Positions 39,467 through 49,489 of a stretch of 64,000 bases of DNA are shown here, in pieces (position 1 is the stretch's first letter; every line of letters starts with the position of its first letter). Source of the DNA: Dehalococcoidia bacterium. Lineage in GTDB: Bacteria; Chloroflexota; Dehalococcoidia; Plut-88900. The DNA lies in NCBI GenBank assembly GCA_965197585.1, contig OZ240215.1:1120001-1184000 (forward strand). Reading direction: 5' to 3'. The notes under the pieces were generated by a model. The model did not search any database, had not been told where the DNA came from, and saw only the letters and a list, made by a program, of their open reading frames with translations. The translations under genes were made by a program, and so were the position numbers.

Positions 39467-39643
39467 TATATGGTGTTCCTTCCACTAGTCCCTCCCCTCT
39501 CCCTTGATGGGAGAGGGCTAGGGCCGTAGGCTCGCTGAGGAGAGTGAGGGTGTTCCTTTAATCTAAGGACTAGCTACACAGAATGGTATCATATACCCTG
39601 GCCAGCTTCTCTAGCTCTTCATCCACAACCGGAGTCCCTCCCC

Positions 39644-40984
39644 ATGCCTGCCAACACCAAGACCCTCGACACCATAATCGTAGGCGGCGGCATCGCCGGC
39701 CTCACCATCGCCTACCGACTCCAGGACCAGGACATCCTCCTCCTGGAAAAAGAAGACTACTGCGGCGGTCGCACGCTCTCCAAACAGATGGGCGAGTACG
39801 TCTACAACATGGGCGCCCAGGTCGTTAACGGCGACGACAGCCTCGTTGCTCCCCTCGCCGACGAGCTCGGTGTCACCCGCAGCCTAATCAACAAGACCAA
39901 GCTCCCGATAATCATGAAAGGCAAACTGGTCGCCGCCTCCAACGAGCCCTCCTTCCTCTGGCAGCTTCCCATCTCTCTATCCGACAAGATCAAGCTCGGG
40001 TGGCGGGTGCTCAACCTCAGGCGCAAGTACGGCGAAGTGCGCAAGGACTTCCCCGACATCAACGACCCCGACATCGTCCACCTCAACTCCATGACCCTCG
40101 CCCAGTACATGAACCTCGAAACCGGAGACCTCCGAGACATTTGGGACACCGTCGCCCTCGCCACCACTACTACCCATGCTGGCGAGTCTTCTGCCTACCA
40201 CCCCATCAGCACCTTCCTACACTTCATGGCGAAGGAGTATTTCGTCAACGGTGGGACCTGGCAAATCACCCGTGCCCTCTGGGACCGACTTTCCGACCAA
40301 ATAGAAACTTCTGCGGAGGTCTCCAGGGTCGAACAGGGCTCGGATGGCGTCACAGTCACCTATTCCCAGGGTGGTCGAACCCACACCGTGCGCGCCCGAA
40401 AATGCGTCATGGCTGTCCCCGCGCCTGTCGCACTCCCCATAATCGATCCTCTTCCCGACTGGAAGCGCGAGGCCCTGGCCGCCGCACGATACGGCTCCAT
40501 AACCAGCGCCGGCTTCCTCCTGGACCGCAACTCCGAGGACTTTCTCGGAAAGGGTGTCTGGCGGGTCCCGACCGTGCGCAGCCACCTCGTATCCGTTACA
40601 AACCCCACCATCACCTTCCCCCAGGAGGTAAAGGACAGGACGGGCCAGGGTCTCCTGCGCGTCTATACCGCCGACGCAGAGTCCAAGCGGCTCTCCATGC
40701 TCTCCGACGGCGAGGCCCTAGAGTCCCTCATGGAAGAGCTCTACGCCGTCCTCCCCGACACCCGTGGCCACGTCATAATCGGCGCACTGAAGCACTGGGA
40801 ACACGGCGGAAGCCCCTGGCTCGTTGGTCGGCTGACCCACGTCCCCAACATCCAGGCCCCCACCGACAACATCCACTACGCCGGAGACTACACCGCCGGC
40901 TCCGGCATGGACGCCGCCGTCCACTCCGCCTCCCGAGTCCTCACCGAACTAGGCCACGGCCCCCTCTTCCCCACCCCCGCCTAA
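39644..40984 (+). CDS. FAD-dependent amine oxidase/protoporphyrinogen oxidase family oxidoreductase
   Basis: IVGGGIAGL, LLEK...GGR, MGAQ, C-terminal YAGDY..GMDAAV.S. Confidence 0.85.
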   Translation: MPANTKTLDTIIVGGGIAGLTIAYRLQDQDILLLEKEDYCGGRTLSKQMGEYVYNMGAQVVNGDDSLVAPLADELGVTRSLINKTKLPIIMKGKLVAASNEPSFLWQLPISLSDKIKLGWRVLNLRRKYGEVRKDFPDINDPDIVHLNSMTLAQYMNLETGDLRDIWDTVALATTTTHAGESSAYHPISTFLHFMAKEYFVNGGTWQITRALWDRLSDQIETSAEVSRVEQGSDGVTVTYSQGGRTHTVRARKCVMAVPAPVALPIIDPLPDWKREALAAARYGSITSAGFLLDRNSEDFLGKGVWRVPTVRSHLVSVTNPTITFPQEVKDRTGQGLLRVYTADAESKRLSMLSDGEALESLMEELYAVLPDTRGHVIIGALKHWEHGGSPWLVGRLTHVPNIQAPTDNIHYAGDYTAGSGMDAAVHSASRVLTELGHGPLFPTPA

Positions 40985-41462
40985 CCCCCTATCCTATTGA
41001 GAGACCCTTTCTTGTACCAAGGGAGAGGCCGATAGGCAGTGTCCAATACCCTCTTCCTCAACGAGACCTTTGCATAACCTCTCTCGGTGGGGCAGGGCCG
41101 CTCGTACTGAGGCTCTCGAAGTATGAGCGGGGGCAGGCCCCGCACTGCCAATCCGTCAAGAACGCCTACCCCACCCAACTCCCTCCACCCCATCATCCCG
41201 CCCCCCCGATCCGGCTGCAAGTGCGCCGGGGCGTAAATCCATCCCTCCTTAACTACACCTTCGCATAACCGCCGTCCCAAAGGGTGGGACATTCTGCTCG
41301 CCCTGTCGCAGATCCGCTGAGGCGGGAGTAGAGTTGAAGGGTCTCAAGAGCGGAATGGGCGGGGTGTCCCGCCCCCACCCCCATTCAAACAAAGAGGCCC
41401 CGAGAAAACACAAACCGTCCTCCCGGGGCCCCAATCCCCACTCAGGCCGTGAAACCCGAACC

Positions 41463-41846
41463 CTAGCTAGGAATACAAGCCGTCACCATAATCTCCACAA
41501 GCAAATCCGGCCTGTTCAACATTACCTCCACCGTCGCCCTGGGCGGCTTGCTCACAGTAAAGTGCTTGCCATACTCCTCATTGAAATCCGCAAGGTCCTC
41601 CCTCTTCGTAAGCCAGCAGTTCACCGACAATACGTTTTCCAAGTTCGTGCCCGCCGCGTCCAACACCCTTTTGATGCGCTCGATCGTGAAGCGAGTCTGT
41701 TCCGCCACACCCTCTCCCAGCTTCCCGGTATCCGGGTGCGTTCCGGTCTGTCCCGCCACGAAAACCAGGTCTCCAAATTTCGCACCTGGCGAAAGGTTCG
41801 GGTTCCCGCCCTTCATATCGACGTTGATAATTTCCTTCTTCGGCAT
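41463..41846 (-). CDS. RidA/YjgF family protein
   Basis: VFVAGQ, EQTR, FNEEY..F..PPRATVEV, LVEI; ATG after ggagg. Confidence 0.9.
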   Translation of the reverse strand: MPKKEIINVDMKGGNPNLSPGAKFGDLVFVAGQTGTHPDTGKLGEGVAEQTRFTIERIKRVLDAAGTNLENVLSVNCWLTKREDLADFNEEYGKHFTVSKPPRATVEVMLNRPDLLVEIMVTACIPS

Positions 41847-41962
41847 TGCGATTCCTCCTGTATGAAATGTATTAGCCTGGGATCGGCACGAGGCCCTATA
41901 CCCCCCGCCCCGACCCAATGGGATAGTATATGAAATCCGCGTTACCGGTCTACACAAATACC

Positions 41963-43036
41963 ATGAACACCCACACCCTCCGATGCACCGCCTGCTCCCG
42001 AGACCACACCCCCGACATGCGTACCCTGCACTGCCAAGAGTGCGCCTCCCCCCTCGTGGTGGCCTATCCCTCTGATGCCGAACCTGTCCTCAATACATCC
42101 CCCGTCTCCCTCGGCGAAGGACACACCCCCGTTGTCCCCCTGCCCGCCATCGCCGACTCCCTCGGCCTGAACTCCATCTACGCCAAACTCGAATTCGCCA
42201 CCCCGACCGGCTCCTTCAAGGACCGAGGCACTGCCGTAATGCTCGCCGCCGCCCGAGAATTTGGCGTCGAGGAGATAGTCGAGGACTCATCCGGCAACGC
42301 CGGAGCCTCTGTCGCTGCCTACGCCGCCCGATGCGGCATCAAGGCCCACGTCTTCGCCCCCGACTCCGCCCCCGAGACTAAGCTCCGCCAGATCAAGGTC
42401 TACGGCGCAGAGCTACACCTAGTCCCCGGCCCCCGAGAAGCCGCCGCCGAGGCCGCCCTCGCCTTCTGCGAAGAACACAACCTCGTCTACGCCTCCCACA
42501 ACCTCAGCGCCTACTTCCTGGAGGGCACAAAGATCTTCGCCCACGAGCTTCCCGCAAACTTCCCGGACGGTCTCCCCGATCACATCGTCATGCCCGTCGG
42601 CAACGGCTCCCTCTTCCTGGGCGCGTGGCTCGGGCTTCGAGAATTGCAGCGCCACCGCGCTTTCAACACCCTCCCTAAACTCCACGTCGTACAGGCCGAG
42701 CTCGTCATGCCCTTAGTCGCCGCCTTCCGAGGCCAAACCTGGGCACCTGCTCCCGGCTCCCGAACCATTGCTGGCGGCATCTCCGTCGCCGACCCGCCCA
42801 GACTCGCCCACGTCCTCAGCATCCTCCGAGAGTCCGGCGGCGACGCCGTCGCCGTCCCCGACTCCGAAATCAAGTCCTGGCAAACATGCCTTGCCGAGAC
42901 CGAGGGCCTCTTCTGCGAACCCACTTCCGCAGCCGCTTTCGCCGGTCTCCCCAAGTCAATTGAGGCTGGCACAATCAGCCCTTCCGACACCGTCCTTGTC
43001 CCCATCACCGGCTCCGGCCTAAAAGACCCGACCTAA
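41963..43036 (+). CDS. Threonine synthase-like PLP enzyme (fold type II)
   Basis: SLGEGHTP, PTGSFKDRG, EDSSGNAG, PVGNGS, EPTSA, TGSGLK; N-terminal CxxC..CxxC. Confidence 0.87.
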   Translation: MNTHTLRCTACSRDHTPDMRTLHCQECASPLVVAYPSDAEPVLNTSPVSLGEGHTPVVPLPAIADSLGLNSIYAKLEFATPTGSFKDRGTAVMLAAAREFGVEEIVEDSSGNAGASVAAYAARCGIKAHVFAPDSAPETKLRQIKVYGAELHLVPGPREAAAEAALAFCEEHNLVYASHNLSAYFLEGTKIFAHELPANFPDGLPDHIVMPVGNGSLFLGAWLGLRELQRHRAFNTLPKLHVVQAELVMPLVAAFRGQTWAPAPGSRTIAGGISVADPPRLAHVLSILRESGGDAVAVPDSEIKSWQTCLAETEGLFCEPTSAAAFAGLPKSIEAGTISPSDTVLVPITGSGLKDPT

Positions 43037-43087
43037 TCCCGATGTTGTATCATGGCCTCCCCGACTAACCCCCACCAGGAGCCAACC

Positions 43088-44665
43088 ATGCCCACCCCCC
43101 TCCGCCCCTCCCTCGCCCCTTACGAAGCCTACCCTCTCTTCGAAGTCCTTCAGTGCACCGCCTCCCGCCTCCCCGACAAAACTGCCGTCATCGACGGTGA
43201 CCGCACCTTCACCTTCGCACAGCTTAATGCCCAGAGCGACAGCTTCGCCACCGCGCTCACCAGTCTCGGCATGGTAAAGGGCGATCGCGTCGGCCTCTTT
43301 GCCCCCAACTGCGCCGAGTTCGTTACCGCCTACTTCGGCATCCTTAAGACCGGCGCAATCGTAGCCCCGGCAAACGCCGCCTACCGCGCCCGAGAACTCA
43401 CCAACCAGATGGACAACTCCGGTGTGAAAGTGCTCGTATCTCATCAGGCCAACCTTCCCGTCGTCGAAGCCGCCCGACCCGACCTCCCCGGCTTGAAAAC
43501 CGTCATCAACGTCGGCTCAAATGCCCCCGACACCCTGAACTTTGACCAGCTTGTCTCCGAATCCGAACCCTCGCCCCCTTCCGTCACCATCGATCCGAAA
43601 GAAGACCTCGCCGCCCTGCCCTCTTCCAGCGGCACCACCGGCCTCCCCAAGGGCGTCATGCTCACCCACTTCAACCTCACCAGCAACCTCGAACAGACCC
43701 TCAATCGCCCCGGCGAGGCCTCTGCCCCCACCGATGAGGACGTCCTTTTGGTCCACCTCCCCCTCTTTCACAGCTACGGTATGACCGTTCTGATGAACAC
43801 CGCCATCGCCGCCGGGGCCACCCAGGTCCACATGGGCCGCTTCGACATGGACCTCTTCCTCGACCTCGTCCCCCGGCACCGCATCACCATGATCTTCACC
43901 GTCCCCCCCGTCGTCCTCGGGGTGGCCCAGGTCCCGGGCATCGAGTCCCATGACCTCTCTTCCCTCCGGGTCTGCCTCTCCGGCGCCGCACCCCTCTCCG
44001 AGGAGCTTCAGACCCGATTTGAACGACTGACCGGCGTCCCGACCGTCCAGGGCTACGGCCTCACCGAGACCTCACCCGTCACAAACATGGATTTCGTAGA
44101 GCTAGCCCGCCGGCGCCCCGGCTCCATAGGCCCGCCAACCGCAGACACCGATGAGAAGATCGTCGACCCCGAAGACGGTTCCCGTGAGCTTGCCCCCGGC
44201 GAGATCGGCGAGCTGATCATCCGCGGCCCTCAGGTCATGAAAGGCTACTGGCACAACCCCGAGGCCACCGCCGAAACCATTAAGGACGGTTGGCTTTACA
44301 CCGGCGACATGGCCCACATGGACCCCGACGGCTACGTCTACATCGTCGACCGGAAGAAGGAGCTGATCAAGTACAAGGGTTTCCAGGTCGCGCCCGCCGA
44401 GATGGAGGCCCTCCTCCTCGAACACCCTAACGTCGCCGACGTTGCTGTGGTCGGCAAACCCAACGAAGAGGCCGGCGAGCTTCCCAAGGCCTACGTGGTC
44501 GCCAAGGATTCCTCCCTCACCGCCGCCGACGTCATGTCCTTCGTCGCCGAACGCGTCGCCGGATTCAAGAAAATCCGCGAGGTTGAGTTCATCGAGGAAA
44601 TTCCCAAGAGTCCATCCGGCAAGATCCTCCGCCGCGTCCTCAGCGACATGGAACGGGCCCGTTAA
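43088..44665 (+). CDS. AMP-dependent acyl-CoA synthetase (4-coumarate/long-chain fatty acid CoA ligase-like)
   Basis: SSGTTGLPKG, QGYGLTE, GWLYTGD, DRKKELIKYKGFQVAP, KSPSGKILR. Confidence 0.92.
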   Translation: MPTPLRPSLAPYEAYPLFEVLQCTASRLPDKTAVIDGDRTFTFAQLNAQSDSFATALTSLGMVKGDRVGLFAPNCAEFVTAYFGILKTGAIVAPANAAYRARELTNQMDNSGVKVLVSHQANLPVVEAARPDLPGLKTVINVGSNAPDTLNFDQLVSESEPSPPSVTIDPKEDLAALPSSSGTTGLPKGVMLTHFNLTSNLEQTLNRPGEASAPTDEDVLLVHLPLFHSYGMTVLMNTAIAAGATQVHMGRFDMDLFLDLVPRHRITMIFTVPPVVLGVAQVPGIESHDLSSLRVCLSGAAPLSEELQTRFERLTGVPTVQGYGLTETSPVTNMDFVELARRRPGSIGPPTADTDEKIVDPEDGSRELAPGEIGELIIRGPQVMKGYWHNPEATAETIKDGWLYTGDMAHMDPDGYVYIVDRKKELIKYKGFQVAPAEMEALLLEHPNVADVAVVGKPNEEAGELPKAYVVAKDSSLTAADVMSFVAERVAGFKKIREVEFIEEIPKSPSGKILRRVLSDMERAR

Positions 44666-44743
44666 CCTCGGTTCGGTTTATGGTAGCGCATGCCTGTGCA
44701 TTTTACATAATGGCCTTATCGACGAAGGGATACCCCTAGGCCC

Positions 44744-45922
44744 ATGCCCCGGCTCTTGGAAGTCCTACTCGTTGCCACCCGACTGGGACTCACGTCCTTC
44801 GGCGGCCCCATTGCCCACATCGGCTACTTCCGCGACGAGTACGTAGTCCGACGCAACTGGCTCACCGAGCAGCGTTTCGCCGAGCTAGTAGCCCTCTGCC
44901 AGTTCTTGCCCGGCCCCGCCAGCAGCCAGCTTGGCATGGCCATGGGTATGCGTCGTGCCGGATTCTTCGGTGCCCTTGCCGCGTGGCTCGGGTTCACCCT
45001 CCCTTCAGCAATCGCCCTGGTCCTCTTCGCATATGGTGTGGAGGAACTCGGCGGAGAGGCCACAGAATGGTTGCACGGCCTGAAGGTCGTGGCCGTTGCG
45101 GTTGTCGTCCTCGCCTTGTGGGGCATGGGCAAAACCCTCGCCCCCGACAGATCCCGAGTCACCATCGCCGTCTTGGCCGCCGCAGCGCTCCTTTTCACGG
45201 ACGGCGTGGTGATACAGCTTGCCGTCATTACAGGAGGAGCCATCCTGGGCCTCGCCTTCCTCCGCCCGACCACCCCCGCCCAATCCCCACCCCCCGACAA
45301 ACAGACCGGCGCGGGCGTCGGGGCCCTCGCCATTGTTATCTTCCTTGGGCTCCTAATAGCCCTTCCTGTCGCAAACCACTTCCTCGACAACTTCTCCCTC
45401 GCCCTGTCCGATAGCTTCTACCGCTCCGGGGCCCTCGTGTTTGGCGGCGGGCACGTCGTCCTCCCCCTGCTGGAGGCGGAAGTCGTCCCGACAGACTGGG
45501 TAACCAAGGACGACTTCCTCGCTGGCTACGGTGCGGCCCAGGCCGTCCCGGGCCCCTTGTTCACCTTCTCGGCGTATCTGGGAACAGTGTCGGGAGTACT
45601 ATCTCCTCGTTGGCTCGGAGGCCTGCTGACTCTCGGCGCGATATTCCTGCCCTCCCTGCTGCTCGTCGTGGGTGTGCTTCCCTTCTGGGAGCGGCTGCGA
45701 GGCTTCACGCATGTGCGGGGAGCGCTGTTGGGCGTCAACGCTGCAGTCGTCGGCATCCTCTTGGCAGCCCTCTACGACCCCGTCTGGACCAGTGCAATCA
45801 CCTCCCCCAAGGATTTCGCCCTAGCCGCCGCTGCGTTCGCACTTCTAGCCTTCTGGAAAGCCCCACCTTGGCTGGTAGTCCTGTTGACTGGTGGAGCCGG
45901 GGCCCTCCTTAACCTGATGTAG
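44744..45922 (+). CDS. chrA: Chromate efflux transporter family protein
   Basis: LGLTSFGGP, CQFLPGPASSQ, GALVFGGGHVVLP, AQAVPGPLFT. Confidence 0.9.
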   Translation: MPRLLEVLLVATRLGLTSFGGPIAHIGYFRDEYVVRRNWLTEQRFAELVALCQFLPGPASSQLGMAMGMRRAGFFGALAAWLGFTLPSAIALVLFAYGVEELGGEATEWLHGLKVVAVAVVVLALWGMGKTLAPDRSRVTIAVLAAAALLFTDGVVIQLAVITGGAILGLAFLRPTTPAQSPPPDKQTGAGVGALAIVIFLGLLIALPVANHFLDNFSLALSDSFYRSGALVFGGGHVVLPLLEAEVVPTDWVTKDDFLAGYGAAQAVPGPLFTFSAYLGTVSGVLSPRWLGGLLTLGAIFLPSLLLVVGVLPFWERLRGFTHVRGALLGVNAAVVGILLAALYDPVWTSAITSPKDFALAAAAFALLAFWKAPPWLVVLLTGGAGALLNLM

Positions 45923-46038
45923 GACCCTACAGGCGTGTTCTCTGCTTGCAGTTGCTCTGTAAATTGACCCCTAAAATCAAGGGTGCTATCCTCAATCCCA
46001 ACTTCGTGCCGGACGCCCGAGTCCGAAGGAGGACGCCC

Positions 46039-46257
46039 GTGTACACACTGATCAGGTCCCTGCCCCTGCGCTCGCTTCTCGCCGCCCAGGCCCCGGCTCT
46101 GGCTGCCTCCTGGCTTATCGCGGAGCTCCTTTACAAGTTCGGCAGCTTCACGTTGGAGCTTGCCGCCTTCTTCGCCACCTGGTTTGTCATAGACACCGTT
46201 CTATCCTTCGCGCTCCGCTTCTTTTCTAAGCGAAAGACCGGCGACTCCCAAGCCTGA
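46039..46257 (+). CDS. Small hypothetical membrane protein
   Basis: aaggagg SD then GTG; hydrophobic, with IAELLYKFGSFTLE..FFATW. Confidence 0.65.
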   Translation: MYTLIRSLPLRSLLAAQAPALAASWLIAELLYKFGSFTLELAAFFATWFVIDTVLSFALRFFSKRKTGDSQA

Positions 46258-46305
46258 TTCCCTACGCTCCCTTCAAATTAATCTCATCGGCTCTGGAGGA
46301 CTTGA

Positions 46306-49300
46306 ATGGCCTTTGACCAGTCCCTCCTTCGCACAATGGAGTGGCGGTGCATAGGCCCGCCACGCGGCGGCCGAGTCGTCGCCGTTACCGGTGACCCCGC
46401 CGACCCCATGACCTTCTACTTCGGCGCTTGCGCTGGGGGCGTATGGAAGTCCGACGATGGCGGCGCATACTGGCAAAACGTCTCCGACGGCTATTTCAAG
46501 ACCGCTGCCGTCGGCGCTATTGCCGTCGCAGAGTCCGACCCCAACGTGGTCTACGCCGGCATGGGCGAGTCCTGCATCCGCACCGACGTCTCCCACGGCG
46601 ACGGCGTCTATCGCTCCTCAGACGCTGGCCGCTCCTGGTCGAATATCGGCCTGCAAAACACCCGCCACATCTCCAGGGTCCGTGTCCACCCAACCAACCC
46701 TGACCTGGTCTACGTGGCCGCCCTGGGCCACGCCTGGGGCCCCAACCCCGAGCGCGGCATTTTCCGCTCCCCCGACGGTGGGCAATCCTGGGAGCACGTC
46801 CTGTACAAGAACGACACCACCGGCGCTGCAGACCTTTCCCTGGACCCCAACAACCCCCGGATAATGTTCGCCGCCCTATGGCAAGTCCAACGTTATCCCT
46901 GGGCATTGTCCAGCGGCGGCCCCGGAAGCGGCATCTACCGTTCGACCGACGGCGGACTTACCTGGCAGGATGTCACCCGTAACCCGGGCCTCCCCGAAGG
47001 CATCATGGGCCGCATAGGCATCGCCGTATCCCCTGCCAAACCGGGCCGGCTCTGGGCCACCATCGAGTCCGAGGACGCAGGCCTCTTCCGCTCCGACGAC
47101 TACGGCGACACCTGGTCCCTGGTCAGCGACAACCGAGACCTCCAGGGCAGGCCCTGGTACTACCAGCACGTCTTCGCCGACACCAAGGACCCCGACTCCC
47201 TCTGGATTCTCAACTACAAGACCTGGAAGTCCATCGACGGTGGCGCAAACTTCTTCGAGGTCACCACACCCCACGACGACAACCACGACCTCTGGATCGA
47301 CTCCAAGAACCCTCTCCGCATGATCGAAGGGAACGACGGCGGCGCTTGCGTATCTTTCAACGGCGGCGAGACCTGGTCTTCCATCTATAACCAGATGACC
47401 GCTCAGTTCTATCACGTCACCGCCGACAAACGGACCCCATACCGTGTCTACGGCACCCAACAGGACAACACTTCCGTCAGCGTCCCTTCCCGCAACAGGA
47501 AGGGCGCGATCACGTGGGAAGAGTGCCGCGTCGTCGGCTCCGGCGAAAGCGGCCACATCGCCGTCCACCCCGACAATCCAAACGTCGTCTTCGCTGGGGC
47601 CATCGGCAGCTCTCCCGGCGGTGGTGGCAACCTCCTCCGCTACGACTACGCCGCCGACCAGACCCGCATCATCACCGTCTGGCCCGAGCTATACACCGGC
47701 CTCGGCGCGAAGGAGATGAAGTACCGCTTCCAGTGGACCTATCCCATCTCCTTCTCCCCCCACAACCCCGACACCCTCTACGTTGCGGGCAACCGTCTCT
47801 TTGCCTCCCGAGACCAGGGCCAAAGCTGGCAGCTCCTCAGCCCCGACCTCACCCGCGACGACCCTTCCACCCAGGAACCCTCCGGCGGCCCCATAACCAG
47901 GGACACATCCGGGGCCGAGGTCTACGGCACAATATTCGCCTTCGCCGAGTCCCCCGTCGAGCCCGGTCTCTTCTGGGCAGGCTCCGACGACGGCCTCATC
48001 CACGTCTCCCGGGGTGGTGGGCATTTCTGGACCAACGTCACCCCTAAAGGACTGCCCGATTGGGCCCTCGTCTGCAACATAGAGCCTTCATGTCATGACC
48101 CCGCCGTAGCCTATATCTGTGCCACCCGCTACCGTCTCGACGACACCCGTCCCTATCTCTTCAGGACCGCCGACTACGGCCAGACCTGGACGCCCATCGT
48201 CGACGGCATTCCGGTTGACGACTTCACCCGCGTACTGAAGGAAGACCCGGAACAACCCGGCCTCCTCTACGCCGGCACCGAGACCTCCATCTACTTCTCT
48301 GCTGACAACGGCGATTCCTGGCACCCCCTTTCCGCCAACCTTCCCAGCGTCCCCGTCTACGACCTCACCGTCCAGGGCAACGAAATGGCCGTCGCCAGCC
48401 ACGGGCGTGGCTTCTGGATTCTCGACGACCTTCACCTCCTACGCCAGCTGGCCGAGTTCGAAGGCTCCGGCAGAGCGCATCTCTTCGCAACTAAGGATAC
48501 CCTCAGGATGCCCGGCCCCAAGGAGACCAGCGGCAAGGCAACGGCGGGCGTTTCCACCTCCGTGGGCAAGAAGTACCGCATCGCCCTCGAGACCCCCGCC
48601 ACCTACTTTGAGACTCCTCGACCCGGGCTAAAGCCCCGACGCGTTTTCCTAAATGCCGGCCAGAACCCCGAGGAAGGCGTCGCCTTCGACTACTTCCTCG
48701 AAAGCGCTGCCCAGTCCGCATCCTTAAGTATTCTCGACAGCCAGGATCGCGTCGCCGTCTCCTGCACCCCGGATTCCGAAGACACATCCCTCCCCACAGC
48801 CCAGGGCATCAACCGCTTCGTCTGGGACATGCACTATCCTCCCGGCATCAAGCTCCCCGGTGACAAGACCACCGAGGACGATGTCGCTTCCGGCCCCCTC
48901 GCCCCTCCCGGCCTCTACAAGGTGCGCCTAAATATCGATGGCGCTTTGCATGAGGAACAGTTCCGCATTGTCAAAGACCCCAACTCCGCGGTAACCGACA
49001 ACGATCTCGTCTCCCAGTTCGACCTCCTCATGCAGGTCCACGCCAAAGTCTCCGAGACTCATCTCGGACTGATCAGGCTCCGCAGCATCTCCGATCAGGT
49101 TGCCCAGTGGCGTGAGCGAGCGTTGGGGATGGGTGCAGAGGAGGCCGTGTCCACCGCCGACGAAATATTGGAAACCCTCGGCGACGTCGAAGAGCAGCTC
49201 GTCCAGACCCGGTTCAAGGGTGCCCGAGACCGGCTCCACTACCCCGTCCGACTCAATAAGAAACTCTCCGAGCTCACCAAGGTCGTCGGCGCAGGGGACT

Positions 49301-49467
49301 ACCCTCCCACCGACCAGGCCCGAGCCGTCTTCCTAGATATCTCCGCCCGCATCGATCAACAGCTGGTCCGGTTGGAAGAAACCATCCTGACCGGCCTCGC
49401 CAAGTTCAATGATCAAGTGGGTTCGCTGGGCTTAATCCCCGTGGACGTGAACACCAGCCAGCCTTGA
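46306..49467 (+). CDS. VPS10/BNR (Asp-box) repeat glycosyl hydrolase-like protein
   Basis: WRCIGPPRGGR start; many S.D.G..W Asp boxes; ASHGRGFWILDD; no signal peptide evident. Confidence 0.88.
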   Translation: MAFDQSLLRTMEWRCIGPPRGGRVVAVTGDPADPMTFYFGACAGGVWKSDDGGAYWQNVSDGYFKTAAVGAIAVAESDPNVVYAGMGESCIRTDVSHGDGVYRSSDAGRSWSNIGLQNTRHISRVRVHPTNPDLVYVAALGHAWGPNPERGIFRSPDGGQSWEHVLYKNDTTGAADLSLDPNNPRIMFAALWQVQRYPWALSSGGPGSGIYRSTDGGLTWQDVTRNPGLPEGIMGRIGIAVSPAKPGRLWATIESEDAGLFRSDDYGDTWSLVSDNRDLQGRPWYYQHVFADTKDPDSLWILNYKTWKSIDGGANFFEVTTPHDDNHDLWIDSKNPLRMIEGNDGGACVSFNGGETWSSIYNQMTAQFYHVTADKRTPYRVYGTQQDNTSVSVPSRNRKGAITWEECRVVGSGESGHIAVHPDNPNVVFAGAIGSSPGGGGNLLRYDYAADQTRIITVWPELYTGLGAKEMKYRFQWTYPISFSPHNPDTLYVAGNRLFASRDQGQSWQLLSPDLTRDDPSTQEPSGGPITRDTSGAEVYGTIFAFAESPVEPGLFWAGSDDGLIHVSRGGGHFWTNVTPKGLPDWALVCNIEPSCHDPAVAYICATRYRLDDTRPYLFRTADYGQTWTPIVDGIPVDDFTRVLKEDPEQPGLLYAGTETSIYFSADNGDSWHPLSANLPSVPVYDLTVQGNEMAVASHGRGFWILDDLHLLRQLAEFEGSGRAHLFATKDTLRMPGPKETSGKATAGVSTSVGKKYRIALETPATYFETPRPGLKPRRVFLNAGQNPEEGVAFDYFLESAAQSASLSILDSQDRVAVSCTPDSEDTSLPTAQGINRFVWDMHYPPGIKLPGDKTTEDDVASGPLAPPGLYKVRLNIDGALHEEQFRIVKDPNSAVTDNDLVSQFDLLMQVHAKVSETHLGLIRLRSISDQVAQWRERALGMGAEEAVSTADEILETLGDVEEQLVQTRFKGARDRLHYPVRLNKKLSELTKVVGAGDYPPTDQARAVFLDISARIDQQLVRLEETILTGLAKFNDQVGSLGLIPVDVNTSQP

Positions 49468-49489
49468 GACTCGACATAAGGAGCGTAAA

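Noticed and set aside
40000-41268. 422-aa Arg/Pro-rich same-strand overlapping ORF
   Set aside because: Alternative frame of the FAD oxidoreductase running into repeats; composition typical of off-frame translation
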